Source of the DNA: Squalus acanthias
Taxonomy: Eukaryota
Assembly: GCA_030390025.1 (NCBI GenBank)
Contig: CM059432.1
Location: 27,530,001 to 27,594,000 of the forward strand
Length of the DNA: 64,000 nt
Direction: 5' to 3'
Below are positions 1-11,929 of the stretch, one piece after another; the first letter of the stretch is position 1, and each line of letters starts with the position of its first letter. Under the pieces are notes generated by a model. It saw only the letters and a list, made by a program, of their open reading frames with translations. It made no database searches and was not told where the DNA came from. Made by a program: the position numbers and the translations under genes.

Positions 1-556
1 GCACTGTTGGAGGTGCCGTTTTTCAGAAGAGATGTTAAACCGAGGCCCCGTCTGCACTCTCAGGTAAAAGATCCCACGGCACTAATTCGGAGTTCTCCCC
101 GATGTCCTGGCCAATACTTATCCCTCAACCAACATCATTAAAACAGTACAATAAAAGCAAAATACTGCAGATGCTGGAGATCTGAAATAAAAACAAAAAA
201 TGCTGGAAATGCTCAGCAGGTCAGGCACTATCCGTGGAGAGATAACATTTATATTGCCGAGGCCATCTCTCATGTGTTTCTCTCTCCACAGATGCGGCCT
301 GACCTGCTGAGTATTTCCAGTATTTCCTGTTTTTAGATCACTAAAACAGATGATCTCATTACTGTTTGTGGGACCTTGCTGTGCGAAAATAAGCTGCCAC
401 GTTTCCTACATTGCAACAGATTTGATGGGCCAATTGGCCTCCTTCTGACCTGTACTATTCTATGATTCTATGAGTACACTTTAAAAGTTACTTCATTGGC
501 TGTAAAGTAAGTGCTTTGGGGCGCCGAGGTCATGAAAGGCGCGCAAGTTCTTTCTT
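1..556 (+). mobile_element. Deu-domain tRNA SINE (SacSINE1/AmnSINE1-like), interrupted by a short Penelope-derived inverted repeat at about 150-336
   Basis: GTTAAACCGAGGCCCCGTCTG...AAAGATCCC...GTTTGTGGGACCTTGCTGTGCG...CATTGGCTGTAAAG matches the many other copies in this window. The insert is flanked by ATCA(T/C)TAAAACAG on both sides. Confidence 0.7.
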
Positions 557-674
557 CTTATACAACACACATGGGCAAGGCAGCAGAGGGAACCCATGAC
601 AGTGGAACCACATCCCAGCACCTTCAGGGAAGGAGACAACAAAATTTGGGTGCTCACTGTTTTAAATGTTAAAA

Positions 675-975
675 GGGCACCAGGGAGTACATAGGGTTAT
701 GACACTGTAGCCCTGATTCACCAACCAATGTTTGCTGTGAGTACAGCGCCCCACTGGAGAGCAGGGTCCAACCTCCGAAAATTTAACGATGTTCTGTTCT
801 GGCGGTTTGATACAATGGCCGTCAAAATCCTGGAACTCCCTACTCAACAGCACTTTCACCACACAGACTGCAGCAGTTCAAGGCGGCGGCTCACCACTAA
901 CTTCTCAAGGGCAACTGGGGATGGACAATAAATGCTGGCCTTGCCAGCGATGCCCACATCCCAAGAATTAATAAA
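675..975 (+). mobile_element. CR1-group LINE 3' fragment
   Basis: TCAAAATCCTGGAACTCCCT...AGGGCAACTGGGGATGGACAATAAATGCTGGCCTTGCCAGCGATGCCCACATCCC tail, shared with the LINE at 26352-30713. Confidence 0.65.
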
Positions 976-1048
976 AAGATGCTGGCCTGTGGACAGAAAA
1001 GAAGTGGTTGTGCGATGCATTAGCCCACTCGAGATGGCAATATAAATG

Positions 1049-1512
1049 CATAGGAATAGGAGTAGACTATTCAGCCCCTTGAGCCTGCTCTGCCACTCAA
1101 TTAGATCATGGCTGATCGGTACCTCAACTTCAGTTATCTGCCTTTGATCCATATCCCTTGATCCTGTTTCTTTAACAAAAATCAATCTATCTCAGCCTTG
1201 AAAGCTCCAATTGATCCAGCATCCACAGGCTTTTGAAGGGGGGCTAGGAGAAAGAGTTTCAATTGCAGATTTCAACTACCCCTTGTGTGTGAAAAAATGC
1301 TTCTCGATTTCACTCCTGAATGGCTTGGCTCTAATTTTAAGATTATGTACCCCAGTTATCGACTACCTATATTATTTAAAACACCTCAATCAGATCATTC
1401 CTCAATCTTCTATACTCAAGGGAATACAAGCCGAGCTTATGCAACCTGTCCTCATAATTTAACCCTTTTAGCCCCGGTATCATTCTGGTGAATCTGCGCT
1501 GCACCCCCTCCG
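1049..1512 (-). mobile_element. CR1/HER1-like LINE 3' fragment
   Basis: Homologous to the 3' end of the element at 27385-28568 (CATAGGAA..GGAGTAG..CTCTAATTTTAAGA..GGTATCATTCTGGT). Confidence 0.65.
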
Positions 1513-1936
1513 TGGAGAATGTGTGTGCAGCCTACTCCTAATTCAAATGATCTGATATTCAACATTTTTTGGTGTAAATTCCCACTTTGCTTAATTCGAA
1601 TCACTGGATAATGTTATTTTATTTAGCATAAATAAACAACATGGAATCAGGAGTAGATGTACTATAAATGTAGCTAGATCACATTTTAGTACACCACAGA
1701 ACTTTACTAAACAAAGCAGCCAGCCACCACCATCATCATCCTTACTCTTAATAACCAACCCGAGAGATTACAGGGTGATGCAATCAAAGTATTTAAAATT
1801 ATGAAAGAACGAGACAGATTAGCTAGAAGTAGACTGCTTTCAGTAGTTGAGGGGTCAAGAACGAGGGGCTATAGATCGAAGATTAAAGGGAAAAGATTAA
1901 ATGGAAGAGATTTAGAACAGGGGGCAAGAGTTTTTT

Positions 1937-2895
1937 GTATTAGTTCCTGGGATGTGGGCGTCGCTGGCAAGGCCAACATTTATTGTCCATCCCTAATTGC
2001 CCTTGAGAAGCTGGTGGTGAGCCGCCTTCTTGAACTGCTGCAGTCCGCGTGGTGAAGGTACTCCCACAGTGCTGTTAGGGAGGGAGTTCCAGGATTTTGA
2101 CCCAGCGACGATGAAGGAACAGCGATATATTTCCAAGTCAGGATGGTGTGCAACTTGGGAGGGAAATTTGCAGGTGATGGTGTTCCCATGCGCCTGCTGC
2201 CCTTGTCCTTCTAGGTGGTAGAGGTCGCAGGTTTGGGAGGTGCTGCTGAAGAAGCCTTGGCGAGTTGCTGCAGTGCATCTTGTAGATGGTACACACTGCA
2301 GCCACGGGGCGCTGGTGGTGGAGGGAGTGAATGTTTAAGGTGGTGGGTGGGGTGCCAATCAAGCAGGCTGTTTTGTCCTGGATGGTGTCGAGCTTCTTGA
2401 GTGTTGTTGGAGTTGCACTCATCCAGCCAAGCAGAGAGTATTCCATCAAACTCCTGACTTGTGCCTTGTAGAAGGCTTTGGGGAGTCAGGAGGTGAGACA
2501 CTCGGCCGCAGAATACCAAGCCTCTGACCTGCTCTTGTTGCCACAGTATTTATGTGCCTGGTCCAGTTAAGTTTCTGGTCAATGGTGACCCCCAGGATAT
2601 TGAAGGTGGGGGATCCGGCGATGGTAATGCCGTTGAATGTCATGGGGAGGTGGTTAGACTCTCGCTTGTTGGAGATAGTCATTGCCTGGCACTTGTGTGG
2701 TGCAAATTTTACCTGCCACTTATCAGCCCAAGCCTGAATGTCATCCAGGTCTTGCTACATGTGGGCATGGACTGCTTCATTATCCGAGGAGTTGCGAATG
2801 GAACGGAGCACTGTGCAATCATCAGCGAACATCCCCACTTCTGACCTTATGATGGAGGAAAGTCATTGATGAAGCAGCTGAAGATGGTTGGGCTG
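1937..2895 (-). mobile_element. CR1-group LINE, 5'-truncated RT C-terminal fragment
   Basis: ORF fragments NILGVTIDQKLNWTRHIN and LDTIQDKTACLIG; 3' tail shared with copies at 26352, 50135 and 58380. Confidence 0.85.
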
Positions 2896-2954
2896 AATGG
2901 CATGTTGTGAGGCTGTGGAATTCACTGCCAGGGTTAGTGGTTGAGACAGAAACT

Positions 2955-3478
2955 ATCTGCCCGATTTTAGCTCCCGCCAAAAACAGACGGGAGAGTTCAA
3001 AACTCACCCACTGCACCAGAAATGAAGCCAGAGGTATTTGAACTCTCGGACCTCATTCAAATCCCGCTGGACGACTTCCCACCCATTTCAGGCGGAAAAT
3101 TGTACGGCCCAGAGGCCACACTTAGAGACCAGGCTAGTGGTGGGATCAGCTGCCGGGGCATCCCGGGATTATGGGGAGTGGTTGGAGGGGGTGGGTACTG
3201 GATCCCCAGCAGGGAGAGCCTCAGCTTTGCCTGTGGGGCCCGGAGAAGCATACCTGCTCCTCCTGTCCCCCAAAAAGACAAGTAATGAAAAGTTAACAAA
3301 AAAGAAAACTTACCTTTTTGGGTCTCTTCGGGCTCTAATCAGCTGGTTTGGCCGGACAGAAAATTCACTGTGGCTTCCCGCTCAGCCACGGAGTTGAAAT
3401 TGCAGTCGGGTCCTGACTTGATGTGTATGGTAAAAAAAAAAGGACCCGCCGGCTTTGGACACAGGTAAAATTGCAATC
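2955..3478. mobile_element. Non-autonomous DNA transposon (MITE-like)
   Basis: Shares the GGAGAAGCA..CCTGCTCCTC..CCC block and a CTTACCT motif with the elements at 12517-17247 and 35410-36096. Ends are approximate. Confidence 0.45.
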
Positions 3479-4569
3479 GGTCAACTCCCGGCGACTCCAG
3501 GGTGGGTAAGCAACCTGGGTGACTTTATCTGCCTAACCACTCGGTTTTCACCGGCTGGGAAGGAAAAAGGAGTTGAAGGGATATGGGAACAGACTGCGTA
3601 AATGGGATGTGAACTATTTGCTCGTGTGGAGGGTAGAAGCTGACACGGAATGGTTGAGCCAAATGGCCTGCCTGTTTCCATGTTGCAATTTCTGGGCACT
3701 CTATTGGCTTACTCCGGGTTAAAAAGAGGATTTTTGATTAAATAAAAAGTGGTTTACACCAGCTGGGCGTGGCACTCACAAATAGGCTCAAGAAACAGCC
3801 ATACCAAACTATCTTACTGAGAAACCCACCATCTTCTGTTTTCTTAATATGGAGTGCACGTTTTCCCCACTCCCCCGCCCGTAGGGAGATACCCCATTTA
3901 CCAAGTTCCAGAGAACTTGAGAGATTGGCAAGAGAATTTCACGGACAAGCACAGAAATTGCCCCCACCAATTTGATAACACAAATCACCAGGAATACCAA
4001 ATACAATAAAGAGGAAGGTTGCAATCCCTCCAATGTTGTACAAGACTCAGAGGGGATGAACTTTCCCGGGGTTTGCCTGCTTGTCCGCTGTAATTCCGTC
4101 GGAAGAGCCGCGGAAATCCCAGAAGAGGGGTAAACCATTCTTCCGGGGTTTTCAGTCTCTTCCACGAGCAGGAGAGCCGCCCTAAAAATTCACCCCTTCC
4201 ATTCATTACTCCAATTTCTTCCACCGGTCTCAGACCTGAAACCACCAGTACTGTTAACCAAATGCTCTGTCGACAAGATACAAAGTTAGGAAGGGTACAA
4301 ATTTCTAATTGTACCACTGATGAAAAATCACAGTCCCAGTGGACACAAAATGGAAATTTCACATACCCACCATTACGCCGTGCGCGATTCCTAGCGATGA
4401 CACAAAAAAGGTACAACCAACGTGAAACTGAGCTCTTTTCAGTCTCTCTCCTCCCATAAAGAGCACACACACATAAACGCAAACACACACCTTTAAGTTA
4501 CTGCATTGGCCTCAGACCTCTGCTTTACAGTATAGTTGCCAAAGACAGCAAAGTTAGGAGCAGACTTAC

Positions 4570-4674
4570 TTTTATAAAGCAGTCATTTAGAGACAAGTTG
4601 TGCCTGACAGAATCTTTCCATCCTTTGTAATGTCCTTTGAAAAATGGAAACATGACACTGATTTCATGGAGAAT
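4570..4674 (-). CDS. foxh1: FoxH1 second coding exon (forkhead helices 2-3)
   Basis: TTACAG| acceptor, then 105 nt encoding [35 protein letters not shown], then |GTAAGT donor. Phase-0 introns. Intron 1 is 4675-4791 (117 nt). The expected next exon (VLKDP..KGNFW) was not found in 1-4569 and probably lies beyond the window edge. Confidence 0.93.
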
Positions 4675-4791
4675 CTGTAAACACAAAACACATAGCCAGC
4701 TTGTTACATTTGGAAACCGGTCGGATTCCCTCAACATTTAAGAAGCTACAACTCCAGTAACATATGCCAGTCACAAACAGATAACCAGTAC

Positions 4792-5268
4792 CTGAGATAA
4801 CTTCAATCGCTTCTCTGGAGAATTAAGGATGGCAATGGTTATGAGAGCAAGGTACGTGTAGGGTGGCTTAGGGTATCTTTGGTAGTTTTTCTTCTTCTTC
4901 AAAGGCGGTTTATCCTCATCTCCTGCATTTTCTTCGTCACAGTCTTCTGTAGAGTTGGGGTCCCTTTTATCCTGGACCTGGTTTGTAGGATCATTGGTAT
5001 CACAAGCGGAAGCATCAGAGATCGGAGCTGGCTGTTCCATCCTGGGAGCCTTGGTTGAACTCTCCAAATGCAGACTCTGAGATGAAGAGTTTCTTTGGCA
5101 AAGCGAGCGCAATTGTTTGCGGTCAAGCGGGGCGGTTTTTGCAGGAGGAAGAGGAGAACCCAACGCAGTGTCCCAGTCTCGCATTGGAAGTTGAACGTCG
5201 CTTCTGCCTGTTGCTGGAGACGGTGCTGCAAACATCCTAAATCCGTCTACTTCCCAGCTCATTCTCAT
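4792..5268 (-). CDS. foxh1: Forkhead box H1 (FAST-1), first coding exon
   Basis: Translation ends ...[36 protein letters not shown], the FoxH1-type start of the forkhead domain. The exon ends CAG|GTACTG (donor GT at 4791-4790). First in-frame ATG is at 5268; later in-frame ATGs exist, so the true start is uncertain. Confidence 0.9.
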
Positions 5269-5321
5269 GCTGATCAACGAGCATAGCACTGGAGCCACAC
5301 GAATAGACTACTGCCAGAGTT

Positions 5322-5424
5322 TTCTTAGAAGACAATCAACATTTGCATGATCATCCAAAGTGTAATCAGTCTTAGCACAGGGGGATTAGTCAATGAATAA
5401 AGGGGTGGGATCTTAGGGGAGGGG
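5322..5424 (-). promoter_or_regulatory. Putative foxh1 proximal promoter motif cluster
   Basis: TTCTTAGAA (STAT-type, 5322-5330), ACAAT (Sox core, 5332-5336), ATTTGCAT octamer (5341-5348), GGATTA (5383-5388), GGGGTGGG (5402-5409) and GGGGAGGGG (5416-5424), all within about 160 bp upstream of the ATG. Confidence 0.4.
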
Positions 5425-6527
5425 CAGCAGAAAGTTTGGGAAGTGAATGGAGTTCATGAGATCCACATTTTTTTGCCACCTTCAATTTTTTTTTGTCCCC
5501 ACATGATGGAATTTCTCCTTTAATTGTGGCTTTGAACAAGTTCACTCTGGGGCCCTTCAATATTTTTCAGCTGAACCTTGTTTTCCTGATTTTAAAGGGG
5601 CACTACCATTAAGGGAGAAAAGTATCCGGCAAACTTTTATAACCGCTTGGTTATGATAACACAGCACGAAGATGTCAGTGCTTCACTAGCACCATGCCTC
5701 CCGAACAAAAATGACAAACACCTCTTTCTCCCATATCAAATTTCTTCTCCCCCTCCCCTAGAAGGCACTACCCCTTTAAGTCTTGCCTTTTCTCCCTTAT
5801 TTTGATTTGGAGAATCAGGAGGTGGTTTCACTCTGCTGAGCTGCTCCTTTGATTCTGTTTCTAGTCCTTCTTTTCCTCTTTGTTACAGTTCCCTGATCTT
5901 TGTCTCAATGTTTTACTTCTCTTTCTCCTTTCTTTCCACCAGTTTCCTCCATTCTCTGCCTTCCCCTCCTGGGGTAAAGTCCCTTATGCACTGGGTACCT
6001 TATATACCAGACCTTCTACTTGTTCTTATCCTCTTTTCTCTTTCTACCTTTTCTTCCTCTTTATTTTCGGTTTAATTGTTTTCTGTTTCGTGCATAAACC
6101 TCTCCAAGGCCTTGCCCCTCCCTATCTCTGTAGCCTCGTCCAGCCCTACTTCCCCCTCCTCCCGAAGTCCTGTTCCTCTGACTCAGGCCTCCTGTGTGGG
6201 ATATCCCCCACCTCTCATATCAGTGATGGCCCTGCCTTCAGCCAACTAAGTCCCACTCTCTGGAAGTCCCTTCCTGAACACTTTTCTACCTCTCCATCTC
6301 TCTCCTGCTTTCAGACCTGCTTCAAAGCCCAAATCTTCAGTTCAGTGGTAGCCCTATCGTGCCAGAGCAAGAGAGGTGAGACTTCAAGCCCCACCCCAGA
6401 GGCATCAGCACAATTTAAACTGACACTTCAGTGTAGTGCTGAGGGGGTGCTGCATGGCCAGAGATGTCAACTTTTAGAATCATAGAATCTTACAGCACAG
6501 AAGGAGACCATTCGAGCCATTGCGTCT

Positions 6528-6830
6528 GTTCAATTAGTTCCACTCCCCTATTATAGAATCATGGATGAAACATTAAACTGAGGCTCTGTCTGCCTGGCAG
6601 GTAGACTTAAAAGATCCCGCGCACTCTTTGAAGAGCAGAAGGGTTCTCCTGGTTTCCTGGCGAATGTTTCTCCCCCAACCAGCACAACCCAAACAAATGA
6701 ACTGGCCCTTTATCGCATTATTGTTTGTGGGATCTTGCTGTGTGCAAATTGATTCCCACATAACATCCGAAAACACAGTGTCAGTTTCCACGTGTACACG
6801 GACGACACCCAGCTCTACCTCACCACCACC
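6528..6830 (+). repeat. Copy 1 of a 303-bp inverted local duplication (partner 9714-10016)
   Basis: Near-identical to the reverse complement of 9714-10016; both give the same MKSRRVLLVSWRMF... translation. Confidence 0.9.
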
Positions 6831-7735
6831 TCGCTCAACCCCTCCTCTGTCTCTAAATTGTCTGACTGCTTGTCCGACATCCAGTACTGGAAGTGCAGAA
6901 ATTTCCTCCCACTAAATATTGGGAAGACCGAAGCCATTGTCTTTGGTCCCCGCACAAACTCCGTTCCCTAGCCTCCGACTCCATTCCTCTCCCTGGCGAC
7001 TGTCTGAGGCTGAACCAGACTGTTCACAATCTTAGTGCCGTACTTGACTCGGGGATGAGGTTCCGACCACATATTCGCGCCATCACTAAGACCGCCTACT
7101 TCCACCTGTATAACATCGCCCGACTCCGCCTCTGACTCAGCTCATCTGCTCCTAAAATCCTCATCCATGCCTTTGTTATCTCTAGACTTGACTATTCCAT
7201 TGCACTCCTGACCGGCCTCCTATCTTCCACCCTCTAAACTTGAGGACATCCAAAACTCGGCTGCCCGTGTCCTATCTCATACCAAGTCCCGTTTTCCCAT
7301 CACCCCTTTGCTCGATGACCTACATTGGCTCTCGGTTAAGCAACATCTCAATTTTAAAATTCTCATCCTTGTTTTTAAATCCCTCCATGGCCTCGCCCCT
7401 CCCTATCTCCGAAACCTCCTCCAGCCCTACAAGTTGTGCACTCCGAAATCTCTGCGCTCCTCCAATTCTGGCCTCTTGCTCATTCCCGATTTTAATCGCT
7501 CCACCATTGGCGGCCGTGCCTTCAGCTGTCAAGGCCCTAAGCTCTGGAATTCCCTCCCTAAACCTTTCCCCCTCTCTACCTCTCTTTCGTCCTTTAAGAC
7601 GCTCCTTAAAACCTACCTCTCTTGCCCTAATATCGCCTCATGTGGCTCGGTGTCAAATTTTGTTTGATAACGCTCCTGTGAAGTGCCTTGGGATGTTTTA
7701 CTATGTTAAAGATGCTATATAAATTCAAGTTGCTT
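6775..7735 (+). mobile_element. L2-clade LINE 3' portion
   Basis: YTDDTQLY and LHWLSVKQHLNFKILILVFKSLHGLAPPYL..GGRAFS...LWNSLP; tail ..GATGCTATATAAATTCAAGTTG. Confidence 0.85.
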
Positions 7736-8934
7736 TTGTAACAACTGCCACTGCACTTTAAAAGTAATTCATTGACTGTGAAACCCTTTGGGACAATACT
7801 GAGGTCCTGGTTGGCAAGTTCTTTCTTCTTTGACCGAGCTTTTTGGTCACCTCTCCTAATCTCTCCTCGGCTCAGCATCCATTTTCTTCACACCTCTGCC
7901 AAGGGCTGCGGGATGTTTTCTTACATTACAGGCACTTGGAACTTAATGTTGGCAGTGGATACGAGGGAATGAAATGAAGGCACGACTTCCCCGGACTTCA
8001 CAATACTGTAGGATCTATGGGGCCAGCGTTGTTAGTGTTAGAACATCTGAGAGAAGGTGGTAGAAAAAAACACAAAGGTGATCTTTACCAGCCTAGTGGT
8101 GATGTGAGATGCCGACCCTCGGATGAGATTTCGATCTCTGTGTAAGAGTCCTGTCGGCTGTGGACAGTTGGTAGGTTTGCATTCCATTTGCACTCCCCAC
8201 CCCAATATTCTCCGCTCATCACCTGAAGGCACTGACTCGTGCTGAGCCACAGAGCCACAGGTGATTCCAACCCTCCGGTACCTTACAATAAGTGCATCGT
8301 CTTGTATGGGTCTCAGTGGTGCGCGTTAGTGTACTATTCAGCTGTGGAAAGCATCGCAGCTGACCCAATCTTGTTCTTACCTGATATGCACTTCCCAGCA
8401 AGAGTCACTAGATGGCAATCAACAGCAATTCTGACTGATTTACACCAATGCCTACTCCACCACTCAGCCCAAGGTACTGAGGCCAATGGTAGTGACCCGA
8501 CTGCCACGTCAGTTTCGATCAGCTGACTCGGCACAGACCAAGGAACAAACCTGGGATCTGCCCCATCTGGATTGCTCAGCCTCACATTGGAAAGTGCAAT
8601 CTGTAACCAGCTTCTAGGAGGCACCCAAGAAGTGTAGGATTGACTCTCCCAGCCCGCTTCTGGGGGCAGTCTCGACCTCCACGCAGCATGTGTGAGAACT
8701 CACCGTCAGGCCTTGAAATTCCTTATATGGAGATTTGTTGTCCCTTTCTTAATTCAAACAAAAAAAAACTTCTTCAAACCCTTCTGCATTATTTCCATTA
8801 TTCATGTGTAAGCCTGAACAGTGAGTGCCAGCAGACTGTGCATAGGAATGGAGCATCTCTAGATAGAAGCGTTCCAGACCAGAAAAGACCACCACGGTCC
8901 ATCTGGCTGCTCCTAAAGTTCACAAAATAACATG

Positions 8935-9493
8935 CAACAGCAGCTTGCATTCATATAGCGCCTTTAACATCGTAAAACGTCCAAGGCTTTTCACAGGAGC
9001 GTTATCAGACAAAAATTGACACCGAGCCAAAGAAGGAGACCTTAGGACAAGTGACTAAACACTTGGTCAAAGAGGTAAGTTTTAAGAAGCAGCTTTAAGG
9101 AGGAGAGAGAGATGGACAGGTTTAGTGAGAGGATTCCAGAGCTTAGGGCCTAGACGGCTGAAGGCACGGCCACCCATGGTGGGGGGGGAAGGAAGTGGGG
9201 GATCCACAAGAGGCCACAGATGGAGGAACGCAGAATTCGTGGAGGGTTGGAGGGCAGGAGGAGGTTAAAAAGATAGGAATGGATGAGGCCACGGAGGGAT
9301 TTGAACACGAGGATGAGAATTGTCAAATTGAGGTGTTGCTGCTGGACTGGAGCCAATGTAGATCAGCGAGCACAGGGGTGATGGGTGAACAAGAATTGGT
9401 GCGAGTTAGGATACGGAGAGCAGAGTTTTGGATGAGCTCAAGTTTATGGAGGGTGGAAGATGGGAGGCCGGCCAGGAGAGCAATGGAATAGTC
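8935..9493 (-). mobile_element. L2-clade LINE 3' fragment
   Basis: HLNLTILILVFKSLRGL.. translation; L2 tail TTGCATTCATATAGCGCCTTTAAC on the + strand. Confidence 0.75.
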
Positions 9494-9713
9494 ATCCTTT
9501 GAGACTTGCTTTGCTGCAGTCTATTTGACCGTGGGAAGCATCGTTCCGGCTGGGTCACCAGTTTGCGATCCCTTCCCTTCCCTAACCCAGGGGCTCTGAG
9601 GGTGCTAGTAGCACCTCTACCACTATGCTGGCCTCATCCATGCTTTTATAACCTTCAGACTTGACTATTAGGGGGAGCGGTAGCGGCTCGTGTTTTTGAT
9701 GTGGACCTCTCCT

Positions 9714-10016
9714 GGTGGTGGTGAGGTAGAGCTGGGTGTCGTCCGTGTACACGTGGAAACTGACACGGTGTTTTCGGATGTTATGTGGGAATCAATTTGC
9801 ACACAGCAAGATCCCACAAACAATAATGCGATAAAGGGCCAGTTCATTTGTTTGGGTTGTGCTGGTTGGGGGAGAAACATTCGCCAGGAAACCAGGAGAA
9901 CCCTTCTGCTCTTCAACGAGTGCGCGGGATCTTTTAAGTCTACCTGCCAGGCAGACAGAGCCTCAGTTTAACGTCTCATCCATGATTCTATAATAGGGGA
10001 GTGGAACTACTTGAAC
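9714..10016 (-). repeat. Copy 2 of the 303-bp inverted local duplication
   Basis: Reverse complement of 6528-6830 with only a handful of substitutions. Confidence 0.9.
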
Positions 10017-11249
10017 TTATCATTCTAGTGGCAGCCTGCAGTGGTCCCTTTAAGGACCCTTGGTTTGGCTGCTAAGCACCTGAGGAAACTGACCTGCATG
10101 TCGCAAGCTGCAGTCATTTGTTGCCCAATTTTGTTAAAGGGCCTGAAATAGGCATTGAGCCCTCGATTTGCACATGGAGTCTGCCTAAAGCTAGTTCCAG
10201 GTGCGCGCCCTGGACGCCTCTGGAGGAAGCGTAAACAATACATCGGGTGGCGCACTTCTGGTACGGAATGAACGTGCGCACGCCACCTGCCATGTTGGAC
10301 TCTTGCGCCTGTAAATTAGGCATAGCGTGATCCAATTTTTAGGCCACTGTCCCCCAACAAACAAAACTTTAAATCCACGACCGCGCCTTTAAATCCCTCC
10401 GTGGCCTTGCCCCACCCTACCTCTGCAACCTCCTCCAGCTTTAGACCGCTGCTGCAACCTTGGCTCTTCTGATTCTGGCCATTCCCTCTCACTTTGCCCT
10501 ACCATTGCTGGCAGTGCCATCAGCTGTCTTTTAGGGAAGAAAACTAGCTGTCCTACCAAGCCACTCAAGGGCAACTAGGGATGGCCTTGCCAGCGATGCC
10601 CACATCCTGAGAATAAATTTTGAAAAAAGATCAGTCCCCCGCCCCCCTCCTCCCCCCACCCCAGTTATACGCCACCCAATTTTTGTTTCCATGCCTGTTT
10701 TGCACTATCGCCAAGAGTTAAACAAAGGGTCCCAGACCTGAAACGTTAACTCTCGTTTCTCTCTCTAAGGATGCTGCCTGGCCTGCTGAGTGTTTCCAGC
10801 ATTTTCTGTTGTTATTTCAGTTAAAATTACCCCCTCTATCTTTAAAAAACCTTCATAAAAGCCATCTTTACAACTAGGCTTTTGGTTGCCCCTCCTGATC
10901 TTCCACTTCATGGCTCAGCGTCCATTCCCCCATTGGTGAAATGCCTTGGGACATTCTTTTACAGTAAAGGTGCTGTAGAAATGCAAGTTGTTGCAGCACA
11001 AGAACAGCTCATCAAGTCTGTGCCATTTTATTCCCCTGCAGGAGTCACTTTTCCAAGCATTCCCTTTTAAAAAAAATTGATGGACTCTGCTTCAACAATG
11101 GTTTGTGGCAGAAAATTCTACATCCTAGCCAACATCTGTGCAATGCCATTTTCCTATCTTCCCTTTTGACTGTTCTGTTCTCAGTTGAACAATACAGCCC
11201 ACGGTATAAATAGGCCAGAGGCAACAGGATGCCCAGTGAACAAGATAAT

Positions 11250-11929
11250 GGCCCGTATTTTCCGATCGCAGGCCTCCCGCGGGCGGAGGCCTGCGATCTG
11301 GAAAAATCTGCACCCTTACCTGAGGGCTCCCAGGACGCACACACTTCCGTTCCTGGGCCTCTCCAAACTGACGGTGCGCAGGGCCCACGTATCCCAGAGG
11401 CGCAGGTAGTTCGCAGCGTCCCTGGGATCACTTGGGCCATGGGGAGCCAATTACAGAAGGGAATCTCCCTTCATACATTTGACAGGAAAACCTGTCAAAT
11501 ATATGAATGGAGATCAATGAAAATACATAGCAAAACTTTAAATAAATAAAAAAAAATCACATTTTTAAAATGACTTGAAATTACAATAAATTTTTTGAAA
11601 AAAATAATTAAAGTTTTTTACGGGGCTAAAAATAAACTTACCTTTTTTTAAAGTATTTTTAAATGATAAATCAGTGAAATTTTTTTTTTTTACTTTTTTC
11701 AACTCTTATCCTGGTTAAAGCAGGCCTTACACCTGCTTTTACCAGGCGCAAGAATTGTAAGGGTTTTCTGCGGGCGGAGGGTCTCCAAAAAGCGGAACTA
11801 TCCGCCCACAGAGGCAGCGCAGCCGGAGGATCTGTCAAGATCTGTGCATGCCTGAAACCGGCATTTCCGATGTCCCTACGGGTGGGTACACAGCGCGTAC
11901 CCACCCGTAGGGATCGGAATATCTGGGTC
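11250..11929. mobile_element. PIF/Harbinger-type MITE (680 bp)
   Basis: Imperfect TIRs GGCCCGTATTTTCCGATC / GACCCAGATATTCCGATC (rc); 3-bp AAT duplication at 11247-11249 and 11930-11932; AT-rich core; subterminal hairpin. Confidence 0.75.

Noticed and set aside
3745..4490. Candidate foxh1 exon 3 in ORFs 3809-4165 and 3985-4488
   Set aside because: No VLKDP/KGNFW wing motif or Smad-interaction motif is present; part of the region looks like a decayed DNA-transposon relic ending AAAATTCACCCC.
4771..5298. The 175-aa ORF as a complete single-exon protein
   Set aside because: It starts at GTG and runs past the splice donor at 4791; the forkhead domain continues in exon 4570-4674.
5460..5468. FoxH1 autoregulatory site
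   Set aside because: GATCCACA deviates from the AAT(C/A)(C/A)ACA consensus and is a single short match.
5880..6485. 201-aa hydrophobic ORF
   Set aside because: Non-ATG start; built from a pyrimidine-rich tract, an L2 fragment (GLAPPYL..LWKSLP) and a SINE head.
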